Below are positions 11,500 through 24,819 of a stretch of DNA of 64,000 nucleotides, one piece after another. Position numbers and translations under genes: made by a program. Numbering within the stretch: position 1 is the stretch's first letter; each line of letters begins with the position of its first letter. Under the pieces are notes generated by a model, which saw only the letters and a program-made list of their open reading frames with translations, was not told where the DNA came from and ran no database searches. Source of the stretch: Laetmonice hystrix (taxonomy: Eukaryota); assembly GCA_965235115.1 (NCBI GenBank), contig OZ249437.1, positions 30,008,001 through 30,072,000 of the forward strand. The letters are read 5' to 3'.

Positions 11500-13450
11500 T
11501 TTTCATAACAAACAGCCAATAGCTCCAAGGACAACGATTTCCTCTTTGGTGACATGTGTAAACCAGTATTATCATTCTGATTATAAGCGTTAATATTAAT
11601 ATTATCAGCGAGTGGACGAGGGAGCATTACTACTCCTTTTTCTGGAGAAAGTTGCCGTTCTTAGTGTATGTAGAATTCTCTACAAGCATCGTTTGGGACA
11701 GAGTGCTGCAGGATGATGTAGTTTTTATTGACTTCGGAAAGACAACAGTTAGAACTGGGAAGGTGGAGTGTCGTTGACCGACGCAGTTACGATCTGTGAG
11801 ACATGAATCCAAACATCTGTCTGTATCCTCAGCTAATAAAATATACCAACAAAACAAGCATATAGCATTGCCAAGGGAGGACGCATTTTTTGAGAAATTA
11901 CCAATTACATAATTTGCATTTTGTGTATGGTCGGATTCTACTTTTTAATCTACATTCACCTACCCCCTTTTTTCTGCGTATCTGCAGCGAGGTACCTTAC
12001 CATTGTGCAGCAGAATAAAGCTGACATTGAGAAGCCGTGGCTGATGTCGGCAGTGTCTTTCTATCAGACACCAGCAGTTGTCAATAAAAGATAGCATCAG
12101 TTGGAATGAAGTTAGAGACCTCAGGGGGTGTGTAGCACTTGAAGTGGCCAACGCCTTCCAGGAAGAAGGCCGACGGATTGACAGTTGTACTGGTGGCTTT
12201 TACCGCTGTCCTGCCCACAGTTGACAACGCCTTTAGCGGCCGTCCCTGGGCTGTTTGCTCTGTGTCCCGGGTATTGGCGCGCAGTACGACATACATCTTC
12301 CATGGCAGAAACGTACTCCAGACAACCGAGCAATCTCCTCGTGGACCACAACGCTCGCCCAACCCGAGGTCACCCCACCGATTGAGTATATAAATGATTA
12401 CTCGTCGTTTGTCCCGAATACCCTCCTGGCGAAATTTTATAAACATGTATGTGGGCGAAGTGGTACGTTGGAGACTGGAGCCATTGGGCGGAGACTCCTC
12501 GTGCTTATCTGATATGAGGCGGAGTGGTCTTGTGAGACTGGTGAGGCTATACATCAGCAGGGAAGGGTCCCTCCGAGGATCCATAGTTGCACGGCAGCTT
12601 ATGACTCGGTGCATAAATATGTGCCAAGAATCAATAGGATGGTGGACTTTGATAGGTCCGGTGACCTTCAGTTAGTTTGGCTGAGCCCGAGTTTGTTTTC
12701 TCCTTGAGAAAACATGAAGGAGACTCCAAGGTTTGTGTTCCCGATCCATGCCGAGCAGTATTTGTAACAGGAAAGGATAACTGTGCATTCAGATTTCTGC
12801 CTTCGAAGATTTCAAATTTTGTGATCAACAATACAGTATTACATAACGTGTCCATTAATTCTTTTGTGTCATGTTGGAGACAATGAAATGGCAAGTCCGC
12901 AGTTTAGAAAAAAAGACTCCTTTGAAAACGAAGTATCAGTTAATTAAGATTTTGAACAGATGAGCGAACGTCGGTGATGTCTCGGTTTGCCTTCTCGGAA
13001 GAAATTCAACTTTTCGCTTGCATGCCTTCATGACTTTCAGGTAGTGTTTTGGGTGTAGCTGTTATTGATTCATGTCAGAAATAGACGGAGCAGGATATCA
13101 GCTGTGACGTTCTGGTCTGCCTCTAGGAAGGTGGACATCTTCAGTAATGAAACTTAGGTGCTATTATCGAAGCGTTTTGTGAAAGGTTGTTGGCCTTGGC
13201 CGCCAGCGATGGGACGCCAGTGAGGCGGTGTGATAAAACTAGAAACCGATAGTGTGGTATCGACTGGGGCAGAACAGATACCAGCCATGCATCGTGTGCG
13301 AAATAAACCTTCATCTTGGAATTGCTGCGGCATCTCCTTCGATAGAAACCGCATCAGGAGAGAGAGAGTTGTTTATGGTGTCACCGGGAGGGCAAGAATG
13401 GCCGTGTCTGGTAGCAATTGAATTGCTCTGTCTGGGGATCGAGACACGGC
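11500..13450 (+). mobile_element. Decayed I/Nimb-like LINE ORF2 (RT plus RNase H relic); boundaries approximate
   Basis: Ordered RT-like motifs: FLEKVAVLS (11639), DVVFIDFGK (11715, cf. VFxDFSKAFD), LSIRHQQLSIKDSIS (12057), PQGV (12119, cf. PQGS), PTVDNA (12214, at the YADD position) and VRLYISREGSLRGSIVA (12541, cf. LY..LIRS.LDYGSIV). RNase H-like: NLGAIIEAF (13151, cf. AELxAIxxAL) and ETDS (13242). Confidence 0.65.
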
Positions 13451-15144
13451 CTGGCGGTCAGAGCTCCTTCCTCTACAATCTAACTCTGCTTTCCTGGCAA
13501 CTCGGAGGGATGAAGAAATGGAAGCCGAGGAAACTAAGACAGTAGACTTATCTAGTTCCTTCCAAAGTCTTTGTACTAATCCAGATGTAAATGAATTGGC
13601 ACTGAAGGAAGGGTATTCCTCATTCCATCAGGATATGCTACGAGTATTTTATAATTAGCTCACAAGGTAACGCCATACGACTGCAAAATTAATGACAGTT
13701 GGTATGTGTCAATGTTACTTTACTCTAAAACGAAGACATCGTTCTCAAACAGCCTTCTGGCGTTTTGTACCGGGTAAGGCAACGGTAGGTGGGATTATCA
13801 AATGTTAGTGAAATGTCGGTTTCACTGGAAAAAAATGTAAAATATAGGTATCAAGTTTAGAAAGTACTCTCAGGGAAGGATGGGTATATCATGTTCTTGA
13901 CAATAGCTAATGCTGAACCTACAGGCCCATTTGTCCTATTGCTTAAAGGGAAACAAAAAATATACATTTGTAAAGTGACCCATGAAAAGAGCCTCAATTA
14001 TAGAAGTTATAATAATAGAAGTTATAATGGTGCTGAAACATGGGTCTGACATTCTCTTAATGAAATCTCCCAACTCCCATATCTGTCCGGTTGACCTCGA
14101 TGTTCATACTATCAACTCAGTACTGGTAGAGCAACTACACTTGAGCAGTTGGTTTAAAACAAATTCAGTTGCAGTTTCTGTTGAGGTGGAGTGGAATGTA
14201 ATTGGATTGCGAACATGTATTTTCTTATATCCCTTAAACGTTGTTTATTCATTTGTCTCAGATCTTTAACCTGCCACTTGCTTTTTTTAACAATTGAATT
14301 GTTTTTCCTACGCTCCTAGGCAACCATTAATTCTTTAAGAGAAGATGAGACGTCACTTGTGACCTATGTTATTATGGGCCCATCAGTGAATGTGACAAGT
14401 GAACCTCGAAGGATATAGACAGAAATATAAAGCCATGCTGGTCAAGGCACAGAGTGCCAGCAATTCGTAGTATTTGATGTGGTTTGTGGGTCACAGAGGT
14501 GGCGTGGTTGGCTGGAGTTAGGGTTCTGTGGTCATCAGCCTAGGGAGGTCATTGTTTGCAGGTCGTAACTCATACTAAGCCATGGGCGTGGGAAGGTTGA
14601 GATCATGTATATTATTGGTTTACTCTTTCACATTTTGTCACAGAGTTAGGAAATTCATACAGTGACCAACATCATGCTTTAATGCATTCCATCAAAGTGC
14701 AACGGGATATTGCAGCTGCACGTCACCGTTACGGGTTTCTTTAAAACGCTTACCGATTATTAATGTCAATTGTGCATGACCATTCCTACGATCCATATAG
14801 CATGGTCTCTAGGTGTTAAAAGTATGCGAATATTTTAAAATTATTGTTACAAACATTAAAATGTTTGTCAAGGGCATTCATGGACCTATCTTCAGTACTT
14901 AGTGATGGATGAGCAACCATTTCCCAGGAACATACACTCACTGTTCTAAAATATTAATTTGGTCCCTAAACAGAGTCCAGCAGGATGTGGCTACATTCTG
15001 CATGTGTAAGAATTTGAGACTGAATTACCGATTCCCTGGGACTGTTTACTGTCCTGCTGTGCCCACCGCGGCAAGAGCAGATTACTGTAGCTGGTCTTCT
15101 TAGATTAAGGGCATACTTTTTCATTTCTCGGCAGAGATCGCAGA

Positions 15145-15483
15145 ATGAGACTTTTACGATATATCATACTCCGTCATATTTTGTCTCGGAAGTTTTACAG
15201 TAATACAAGGAATGGACAAGAACCAGCGCCTCTGTCAGTCAGCCAAGAGGCAGGCACGTCTGAACTGAAAGAAAAACCACAAAAACCAATGTCGGCGTAT
15301 GTGAGGTGTTCTTGGGAGTATCATTTACACTGGGGGCATGGCATGCAGACGAAAGGACGTCCGATTTCAAGTAGGAATACTTGGCATGCAGTCCGTAAGA
15401 TGTGTTTGGATGGCAGCCAGGTAACCCATATGTTAACGTATATATTCTGTGTGAATATACCTGGGCGGCCCGATCTGGGGTAA
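15145..15483 (+). other. 112-codon ORF with a short HMG-box-like motif; coding status doubtful
   Basis: PQKPMSAYVRCSWE (15277-15318) resembles the start of HMG boxes, e.g. human TFAM PKKPVSSYLRFSKE. The N-terminus is Arg-rich and lacks acidic residues. Similarity fades after about 15 residues. Confidence 0.2.
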
Positions 15484-16149
15484 TGTCTGGTGTCAGTGAT
15501 ACCCCACCCCGACCCCACCCCCACCCCCTCCCTGCCGGCAGTCTCTCAGTCCCACGTCGATGGCTCATTGATCAGAGAACTCGTATCTTCGTCAGGTGCC
15601 TGCAATGTGACGGCGTATTGATATTATACAGGGACATTCCTACGGTTCATGTGTATAATCGTGTCAAACGAAAGATGTACGACAAGGACAAAACGACTAG
15701 AGGAGAGAGTGTCAAGGTTGGGGGTAGGGGCTAATTAAGTCTCTCCCACCTACACTGAAATGAAAAACGAAGAATGCTCATAGATACATGCATCGTTGGG
15801 TTCGATTCTTAAACTAGCTCGTCTTACAATCTGTTCGACATTTAGAATTATTTTCATCAAAATACACGTCCTTTTCAGTGAAATTCCGTAAGAATGTGCT
15901 ATTTCAGTCAACATATTGTTACTCGAGCGTGCTTTCTTAGAAATTTATTTTTAGCGGATTTCATTATACAATGTATAAAGCTCTGTTGTAAGACAGTGCA
16001 TCTATAAAAGGGTTACCCGTAAGGTGTCACTGTATGACATGAAAGTTATACAAACTTTGATCCACATTTTCTCATGAGAAGCAAAGATTTTTTACTGTCC
16101 ACCGTTTCTCGCTACTTAAGTTCTATGTCCATCCGGTGTGCTTCTCAGG

Positions 16150-16900
16150 AAGCAAGCCCAGAGGAAGTAGGGGCGGCCAGGATGTTCCTGGTAGGTCCCT
16201 GAAGACAACAGGAACTGAGAAACACTATCAGTGAAACAGCCCACGGAAGACCCCCAGAGAAGGTACCATTGTCTAAGCTGTTCACCCTCTTTTGTCATTG
16301 TAAACGTCACAGCCGAGAGGCACACCGTGTAGGTGGATTGTATTGGGGGATGTATGTACAAAACAACGGGAAACAATTGTAGTTTTACCCGTCACATTAC
16401 TGTTTGGGTCTTTGTTGTCAAGTGAGGAGTTTGGGGGATTACTGGTCGTTTGTCTGTTTCAACTGTTCATTTTATTTTACTTGTTCATGAAGAGAGTAAA
16501 TCAAGGACAAAACGTGGATCGCTGATCTTAACAGGTTCCTTTCCCTGGCTCTGTGACTATGAGAGTGAAAAGTATGTCCCTTTCTATTTAAAAAAAGGTT
16601 AAATCGCTCATATAACCAACATACACATGTATGATTGCATCTCTATATCCAATACTAGACTTCTTAGACTACCGTATAAAAGAAAAGTCAGGGAATGTTT
16701 TTCTTTTGGGAGACATCTTCATCTATTGCAGTTGGTAAAAAGCACCAGATAAGGCCGAGGCAGCCCATTGTCTGGCTTTTCGAGAGGTTTCTCTGGGATC
16801 TTTGATTGTCTGGTCAGGTGCAGGTAGTGTAGGTATGAGTTAGGTGTAGGTATAGACTATCGGTGCTGTACAACAAAAATAACACTTTCCAAATGTGGAA
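16150..16900 (+). mobile_element. LINE reverse-transcriptase relic
   Basis: In RT order: EEVGAA (16161, cf. xEEVxxA), VPLSKLF (16263), LPVTLL (16385, cf. RPITLL) and KAPDK (16739, cf. KAFDK). Frames are broken. Confidence 0.35.
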
Positions 16901-19900
16901 AGTAAGTTCCAGAAACATATCTTTGCCGGGTTATGATTAATATTGTGACGTTTGGCCTCACCACCGTCGCGTCAACAACTATAGAATAGGTCTGTACCCA
17001 TTTTTAGAGGGTAACCTTTTATGGCGTCGTTAGAGGGAATTGGTTAGGACTGACTGGATGTTTTGTCGTCAGGGCAAGCACAAAAATGCTGCGCGGAAAC
17101 AACCAACAACATTAGACCTAATGTTCAGATGGTTTCATTTTCCCTCATGATAGTAACGTCTGTACAGCAAACACACTTGAAGTACAACATTGCTAATTAA
17201 CAGATGGATTAGGTTTCTTGAAATGGTCATTTTTTCTGAACGCGTGTACAGAATTTCAGCAGTTCTTGTGAAGGAAAGTTCTAGTTTAAAACAGACAACC
17301 CCAAATCAAGAATATTAGGATGGGTATATTCATTGCTCAAATGAACTGTATGGAATAATTGTTATTCACATGAAATTTTTATGAATATTTTAAATTTGAA
17401 GTAATTCTTCACCGGGCAATCATTATTGATGATCACGTATGGTAAGAATTTCGATAGACTTTGGTTGAAAAGCAAACTCTATAGCATATTGTTAGCAGCG
17501 CGGTCATGCTTCTCGCCCCCCCCCCCCCAACCCCTACCCCCATGCACCCACTTCATGCGTCCAAAGGTTCATGCATGTCCTCCTGGCAAGTCTTCGTACA
17601 TCCGTAAAGTTTACTATGGACATGTTTATTTACATTTGATAGGACATTGTAGGATGTGAAGGCATGTTATAATGCAGAGACATTGTTACATATTGTCGGT
17701 GTAACCGGCGGGAGATTCTGCCCGTATAATACCAAATGTAAGTCCAACGTGATTGAGTACGTTTTCATTTGCTCGATCCATCTTTAACTCATTACATAGT
17801 ACACGAGTTACTCATAGTCCGTTCAGATGAGCACACATTATAAAAGCCACATGCCCAGCGGCGTATGCCCCCATTCTTGTGTGTGCCACCATCTATTAAA
17901 GAAGTAAAATATATCCCAACCGTAATCTTTTTTTAAAAAAACGCTACAAAGGACAAAGTTTTCATTGTTTAGGGGCTGGAGGCTATAGAGCACGGCCTCT
18001 GCCTATTGGGGCGAGTGGGACAGACCCATATATAGCGGTGGGATGCAACATGGCAAAACATGATGAACAATTATTCTGGTGCGTGCCCTGGGGACAAGTG
18101 TGACCGGGAGTATAGCAAGTCGGTGCGCTTGTTGCCAGTGAAGTAGGTATAGAGAGAGAGAGCTCCACCAGGATGTTGGGACACCCAGTGGATGCCGGAA
18201 GGCCAGCCGGTCGGTCGGTCATAGTGAGTCAGATGGGACTCCAACTCCAACCGATCCTCTACAGTATCATGGACTAGGTCAGTTACTCTGACACTGTATT
18301 GTTACCAAAGGAATACCATTGACAGCCACTGCCTGTAAAGGTCTTCACGGAAAGGTAAGACTGTTAACTTAGGAAACCAAACTGGGTAGGTCCTTGGGAG
18401 TTTAGACTGAATTGTTAGTTGAGAGCTGTGACGATGGTTGTTGTATGGCAGCATGCAGCAACAAGGATACAGAATGAAGTGGAGGGTATCTTCCATTCTG
18501 TTCTATAGTCGGACCAAACTGTTGCCAACAGCCTGTAAAAATAATTAGATATTTGTAAGAAAAAGTTGCTTTGGTGAGTGTCAGGTTCACAAGGAAGTCG
18601 TTAACGTTTACGTGCTGGGGGATGCTCTCTGACAAAAACAAGTAATCGGATAATAATGAGAGTTGAATCGAGGTCAAGTATTTAAAAGACTTGGAAATGC
18701 AGGTTTCAATTAAAGTAGACCAAATGAACTTTTTTAAGGAGTGCAAGATTGTATCACCGATTTTTTACCTATTCTTAACGACTTCCTTTAGTCAAATTGT
18801 AAGGAAACTCCGGAAGAATATTTAGGGCACGAATTTTGTTTGTTCAGTTTGTCTTTGTCTTGATGTTTTTGTTGTTACCTGATTTCCTGTTGGGTTGTTG
18901 GAGAAGTAATTAAAAGAACAAGTTGTTATAAAGTTAACATTCATTTGGCGTCAGGAGTAAACATTGTGTGTGAGAATTGTTACAAAGGGGGTCGGATACT
19001 CTTAGCAGATCAGGGCGTCTTGTCCTTTTGAAAGATGACAGATCAAAGCAAAAATCATAACTAGAAAATCACAAAGACTTAACTCGTCGGTCGGGTCACA
19101 AAATTATGTTGAGAAGGTGATATCTAGATCTGTGTTACTTTTTGTCATTCATAGACGGTATATATACGGTCGAGACGGAGTTCACGTAAAATGCATTTAT
19201 GATGCTTGCAGCGTTCCATAGGGTTTGCGTATTCCAGCAGGAACAGGCGAGGTGCCAGCCACCATTGGTTACTTAGACAGAAAACAGAAGTACGTTGTCA
19301 GGCTTCCTGCCCCTGACTGCTGCGTGTAACCTTCGCATACTGATGATAGGTATGAGGATCTCAGGGAGCACACCCCAAGTATGGAAAGCGCATGTCGTGA
19401 ATGACCTATTTTTATTTTTTGGGCACATTAAAAAAAAGGGCTCTCTCCAGGCAATCCCAACCTTTATGTCAATAGGCTGGTGTTGAGTGATATGTAGTTG
19501 AACTTTAAATAGATAATTTTATGTAATGATGATAAAATGGCTCACATAAATCTATGAATTAAGTATTGTATGGACCTCGCTTGAACATTAACACGGAATA
19601 AACGCAGTCTAGCGCTATAGTTGATTGAAATATTAATGAAGCTTTGTAAAACCATTTAAGGTAGTCTAGCAATCAAATTGCCTTTTCTTATCAGAAGTTG
19701 ATATACTACTACATTTAATGTACTCAACATAACTGATACATGGATACATCAGATAATTGGTTGTGGAATGGGCTTCCATCCCGTATGACAGGCGAACAAA
19801 AGCAAAAGAAACAGTGCCAAGCCCTGAAGACAAGCCTTCTCCATCATATAACAGTGAACTTATCTTGGTTTCCCCTTCAATAAACATCTCGGTATCTGTC

Positions 19901-22545
19901 GATCTACAGTCTGCACGCCATCCATCTACTCTTGTCGATGTGAAGGGTAACACGGAATATACTTGACATATCTCGAAACATCTTGGTATTGTTATTTCGA
20001 CAGTTTCCAGTCACACGCCTAGTCTGGAAACGTTGTTTCTGGTCGCTCAACGACTATGTGAGTATTATACCCTAAACTTGGATCTAACTTTAAAATACAA
20101 CACCCCAGGCAGTCTGAGGGCATGAGGTCAAGTCTCAGATGGCAAACCTTTCTGACTGAGATCCTTGTGACTTGGCTGTTAATCTCTGTGATAGGATCGA
20201 GTGTCAGGCTTGTCAAACTGTCACATCTGCAAGTGTGGTACGGAGCAGTCTTTTTCTTTTCGCAGTCTGGCGGGCGAGTTTGAAATGAGTGACTAGTAAC
20301 TTAAGAAGTTTCAGCATTCATTAAGAGTGGCGAGGCTTGATTGGGTAGGTGCTGTTATTGAAGGTTCTGACGATTAATCAGTTCATTTCCTGTGTTCTCG
20401 TGTAGGTTCTGGTTCGTGGAATGTTGATCGTGGGTGTAGGACAATAAGCAGACGTACATTTCACACGAAAGACGTCTGCTCGATTCTACTACGCTCACAT
20501 CCCTTCACTGTCGTCTACCGGAAGTGCATCTTCCTGTGCAGGCATTCACCTATGATTGGAATCTATTCATTGTAAAAAGTGGCTGAACTTTTTCACCATG
20601 GTGTCAGCAGATTCTAGATATAAAATCTTATGTTTGCGACCTAAGCTGAGCGTCAGTTGTCAGAGTTGAGCGTCCGTTGATCGTCAGTTGTCACGTAGAC
20701 GACTATAGGATGTGCAGTGGCTTCCATCCGTTCATATCTCCCGGCTTCCTTTGGTAGTCATGTCTTACGGGGCATGTTACACTGAGAACAGGTAGGATAC
20801 GATTATTTCAAACGAATAATTTGTGAGAAGGTCCGTCCAGAAAGGGCATTCCAGCTGGACTTAACGGTTCATCTAACGGTGATATTGACAGGGGGGGGGG
20901 GGGGGAGTAGCGTTTCACAAAAAAACCCGGTCCAGAGACATTTGTTGGTGCACTAAATGCTCTTCCGTTTGTTAGCTGCTACATTCTTGTTCATTGAGAT
21001 TGATACCTGGTGTTGGTGCTTTACAGTTATATTGACATAGACCGCAGGTGGATGGCAAGTACCATTTGTCATTGTACAAATGGTACTTGCCAGCTCCTAT
21101 TATATTGTACTGTGTTGCAAGTTTTACCTGGAATTGAAGTCAAATTGGAGTCGTGAAGGCAAATCAGGGCAAGTTTATGACATCAAAGTGGTGATTCAAA
21201 TTGCCAATAAAATGAAATTAAATACATTTATTGTAACTTGTAAAATTCATAAAATTCATAATTTCGGTAGCGATTCATAGGCAAATGCTTTGTATTTGCT
21301 TCTCTAGAGAAAATGGAAAATCAACTTTTCCTATTTTAAATAACATAGCCAGTGGATTCGGAAATGATTTAATATCCAGCAGACTCATATTTTGACCAGT
21401 ATACGTTGTTCATAATCTAAAGATGGCATGAATTCATGCTTGTAGTATAGAGAGATTATTCTGTCATTTGAAAAAAACGAGATTAGATCTGCTTGAGTTT
21501 CTATCGCTCCTGGTTAAATCTTTGCTGTATAAATCATTCAGCATTTATCTGTATCGAATTCCTCTGGGACAGGTCGTAGTTTGAATAGTAATGGCCAGGA
21601 TAAGGAAAGCGAACGCGTCTCGCACCGACTTGGATGGCATTTAGCTGGGTAACATTATTTAGAGTTTGGGTGTGATTGATGAGGATATTCTGGACAGAGT
21701 GCCAGGGACTGGCCTCTCTGGTGTCGCCAAGCCCACACTGTTGTTTGCTACGGTGATGGACACTCCGTGCTGGGCGAGACACGGTCCAGTATTTATCAGC
21801 CCGGACCAGGACTATTATTACAATTGATAGGGTATAGGCCTCCTTCAGCCTATGTATGGTTGGTTTGCTGGTGCAACATAATTATGCCATCTAGGATGAG
21901 AGTGACAGGAAAAGTAGCTTAACACATATTGCGGGCGCGTTGTCAAGGGAACCAGCAAGTACATGTACTCGTTGTTGGACCTCATGGTTCTGCGATCCAT
22001 GGCCTTTGGATCCTGTTGGGATCGGTCAAAGGCCCCCATTGGTCCGTTAACCAATATCGTGGAAGGTGAACACTTTTGGAAACACTAAATTCCTATTATT
22101 CAGGACGGGCAGACAACATTAGGAATAGCCAGTTTTGTATCCCTTGCTGACGACTTTACTAAGCTTTGTCGGAAAGTAAGTACAGAAAGTTTTTCTTCTC
22201 CTAGGATAAAACTGAATGCCACTATTATTCCGGGTCATCTTTGATTAATACTACAGGGTATAGGACTAGATTTCCATGATTAATCTTTCGAGCAAGTGGT
22301 TAGTTTTGTCGACATGGCGGAGTTCCCATGACAAGCACATCCAAATCGAGCCATGTAGGCACAAGAGGCAGATGTATGTGTTGTCATTTATTATTGAAGG
22401 TACAAGAGATTTTGTTCAGGTAATAGATACAGTGACCTGTTTGAAGATGGTAATCTACAGCCGTGATGTTAGGCTGAGTGTCATCAAGTGATGGTTGACT
22501 GCTCGGACAGACCTATCTGTAGACGTCAGTGGTGGGAGATGTTAC

Positions 22546-23048
22546 CTGGTTGTACAGGTGGCGATGGGCACGCTGGCAGTATGGGGCGAAGGTCGTGTGG
22601 AAGCCTGTCACCTGGAGGAGAGCGGAGCTGGAGGAGCTGGCACTGTACCGGTCATCCTCCAGTCTCCGGGATGGATGATGGGGTGGGGTAGGGGAGCAGG
22701 GGCCGTGCTCCGGGTGAGGGGGGATGTTGACATTGTAGGGGCGGCCGTCGGGGGTGTAAACACTGCCGGCAGGACAGGCGTCTGCCTCCGGGACAGACGG
22801 CGATGCCGGCCGGCCGGCGGGCGCCTCCAGGACGATGATCGGGTTCCGACCGGGCGGGGCGGGGAGAGACCGGTCCAACCCCCCCCCCCCCCCCCTTGTC
22901 TCGCCTCCCCGGCCTGATCGGGTTCCAGGGGACGGGTTGGAGGGGACTGGGGCTGCCCCGATTGTAGTGCTGTTGATGAAAACAGCAGGGCCACCCGCGA
23001 AACATTGTTTTTTGGGACACCAATGTTGATGCCCGATGTGTGCTACTA
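22546..23048 (-). CDS. Candidate internal coding exon of an unidentified Pro/Gly/Ser-rich protein
   Basis: The frame is stop-free from 23070 to 22513. Acceptor TTCAACTTACCACTTAG| ends at 23049 (tandem TAG alternatives follow), and donor CAG|GTAACA starts at 22545. By hand count about 78 of the last 100 codons end in G/C. Translation: VAHIGHQHWCPKKQCFAGGPAVFINSTTIG...NPIIVLEAP...YTPDGRPYNVNIPPHP...TFAPYCQRAHRHLYNQ. Confidence 0.5.
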
Positions 23049-24297
23049 CTAAGTGGTAAGTTGAACACCGTTAGCGATTCCCCAGGGTTCAAGACAAGGT
23101 TAGTGCCTTTATATTCAAAAAAAGAGAGCCTGTTCTCAACGGGGATACATGAATGCTTGAATTTGAATAAATTGATATTCAAATTTTGAACGTTATCATG
23201 GAGCTCGCAAGGAATGGCTGCCAAGGTTAGTCTACTAGTCTTAGTGAAGTCCTCTGCTGCAGAATGTAAGCGGCCGACTAGGGTCGGATCGAGTAGATTT
23301 GTGAGCGGGCGCCGACACGCGGGTAATTCATGGGGTGGGGTACACGGCATGGGGTAAATACTCATTCATGATCTGTCGGTGAAACCCAACCCGTTGGGGG
23401 TCTGCCGGGCACGTGCACTCTACTGCTCCCCCAGTGGATCCGTGCCCAAGCTGGTGTGACATCTCATCAAAAATTATTGTTAAAATACTTACTGACATCA
23501 CTCCCTACCCTCGCCGCCTTCTGGGTCAAGATAGGCTATCGCTAATTATTGTTCTCACACATCTATGGAATCTTCTCATTTGGTCATTGATTGAATGATA
23601 CATAGTGAAATTTATTGATTGGTCAGTTTTAGGAACTCATCGATTAGCCATTTTTTAAGTTCAGGTTAACCAAACATATACATTTTATTCAGTTCTATTG
23701 ATATTTTCATCTGGCAAGACTTTAGTTGGTTTAGGTTGATTGACCGGAAAAGATCATTATAGTGACGTACATTACTTAACATTTACTTGAATAGATTATT
23801 TGCTTGCCACAGAAAGAGATTTGTGCAGGTGCTTTAAAAAAATGCCTATGGACCCAAATTTGTTGATGTTTAAATAAAATGTGTTTTCTTAATCCGAACA
23901 AAACAGGAGTTCCAAATCATGTTGTATGGTAAAAGATGGCGAATTCAATATCGAAGACGATCATTGTCCTGAGCGGCTGTCTACATCGGATTAGTGAGAT
24001 CCTGTTTGAAATGTATTTAAAGTGATGGAAAGATAACATTACGAGACTTGTTGTGTGAAACTGTTAAGGTTTCAAACTCATTATTCTTCAGTTCAATCAG
24101 GGTTTTTAAGGGATCAGTGTTTTGCCGCTCTATATCTCGTGAGAGTGACGTCCTACCATTTTGGGCAGAATATGTCATAATAACAGTCAAGTATGTCAAC
24201 GTATTGCGAGGGTATGCATTGATACGTTATTGATATTCATCTGAAGATGAGATTTATCAGATATCGCCTTCCATGTCCGAGAATTGATCCCATTTTC

Positions 24298-24361
24298 TGA
24301 CCAGTGTCCCGTAGCAGAGATCAATCAGCTGACCTCAGCATCTGCCACCGGACACTGGTCA
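24298..24361 (-). ncRNA. Pre-miRNA-sized hairpin (candidate only)
   Basis: Perfect 12-bp arms TGACCAGTGTCC / GGACACTGGTCA extend to a 21-bp stem with 2 mismatches, one of which becomes G:U on the minus strand. The loop is 22 nt. I did not recognise a known miRNA seed. Confidence 0.25.
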
Positions 24362-24819
24362 CTATCTGTTCACACCGTTCTCACGCCTCCTCACCTGGCC
24401 GTGATTGAAAGACTAGCTGATTCTCAAGGCAGTTCGCCAGGGTGTGATATATGTCGGTGTGCGTCTAGCTAACCTAGGCTGGCATAAGTGGCTGTCCGAC
24501 AGAGAGGTGGGGGTTGGTGGACTTCTACTAGTGGCCTTCGAGGTCCGTTTTGTTCTAGCGGCCTTCGAGGTCTGTTCTGTTCTAGCGTAGCATGCTATTT
24601 TATTTGTAGTCTCCGGCAGTAGTGATGTTAATAAGATAAATTACCCAACACCTCATAGGGGTGGAAAACTCAGGCTTTCAGGTCCAGGAAATCTTCCTTT
24701 GTGGACTCATAGTAAGAGGGTTATTAATAAGTCAGAGCTCCGTTCCAAGAAATTGACTGTAATGGTAGAGATATGATAACAAAATATGGCATTAAAGATG
24801 TCTTTGTCTTGAATGGTAC

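Noticed and set aside
19900-20100. Further LINE fragments (KHLGIVIS at 19976; also about 14030, 38090-38260 and 41500-41760)
   Set aside because: Each rests on one or two short motifs. They are probably TE debris but too weak to annotate.
22652-23365. 237-aa minus-strand ORF as a gene (viral-like?)
   Set aside because: No recognisable domain and mixed codon usage in its 5' half. Its 3' half overlaps the better-supported exon in a different frame.
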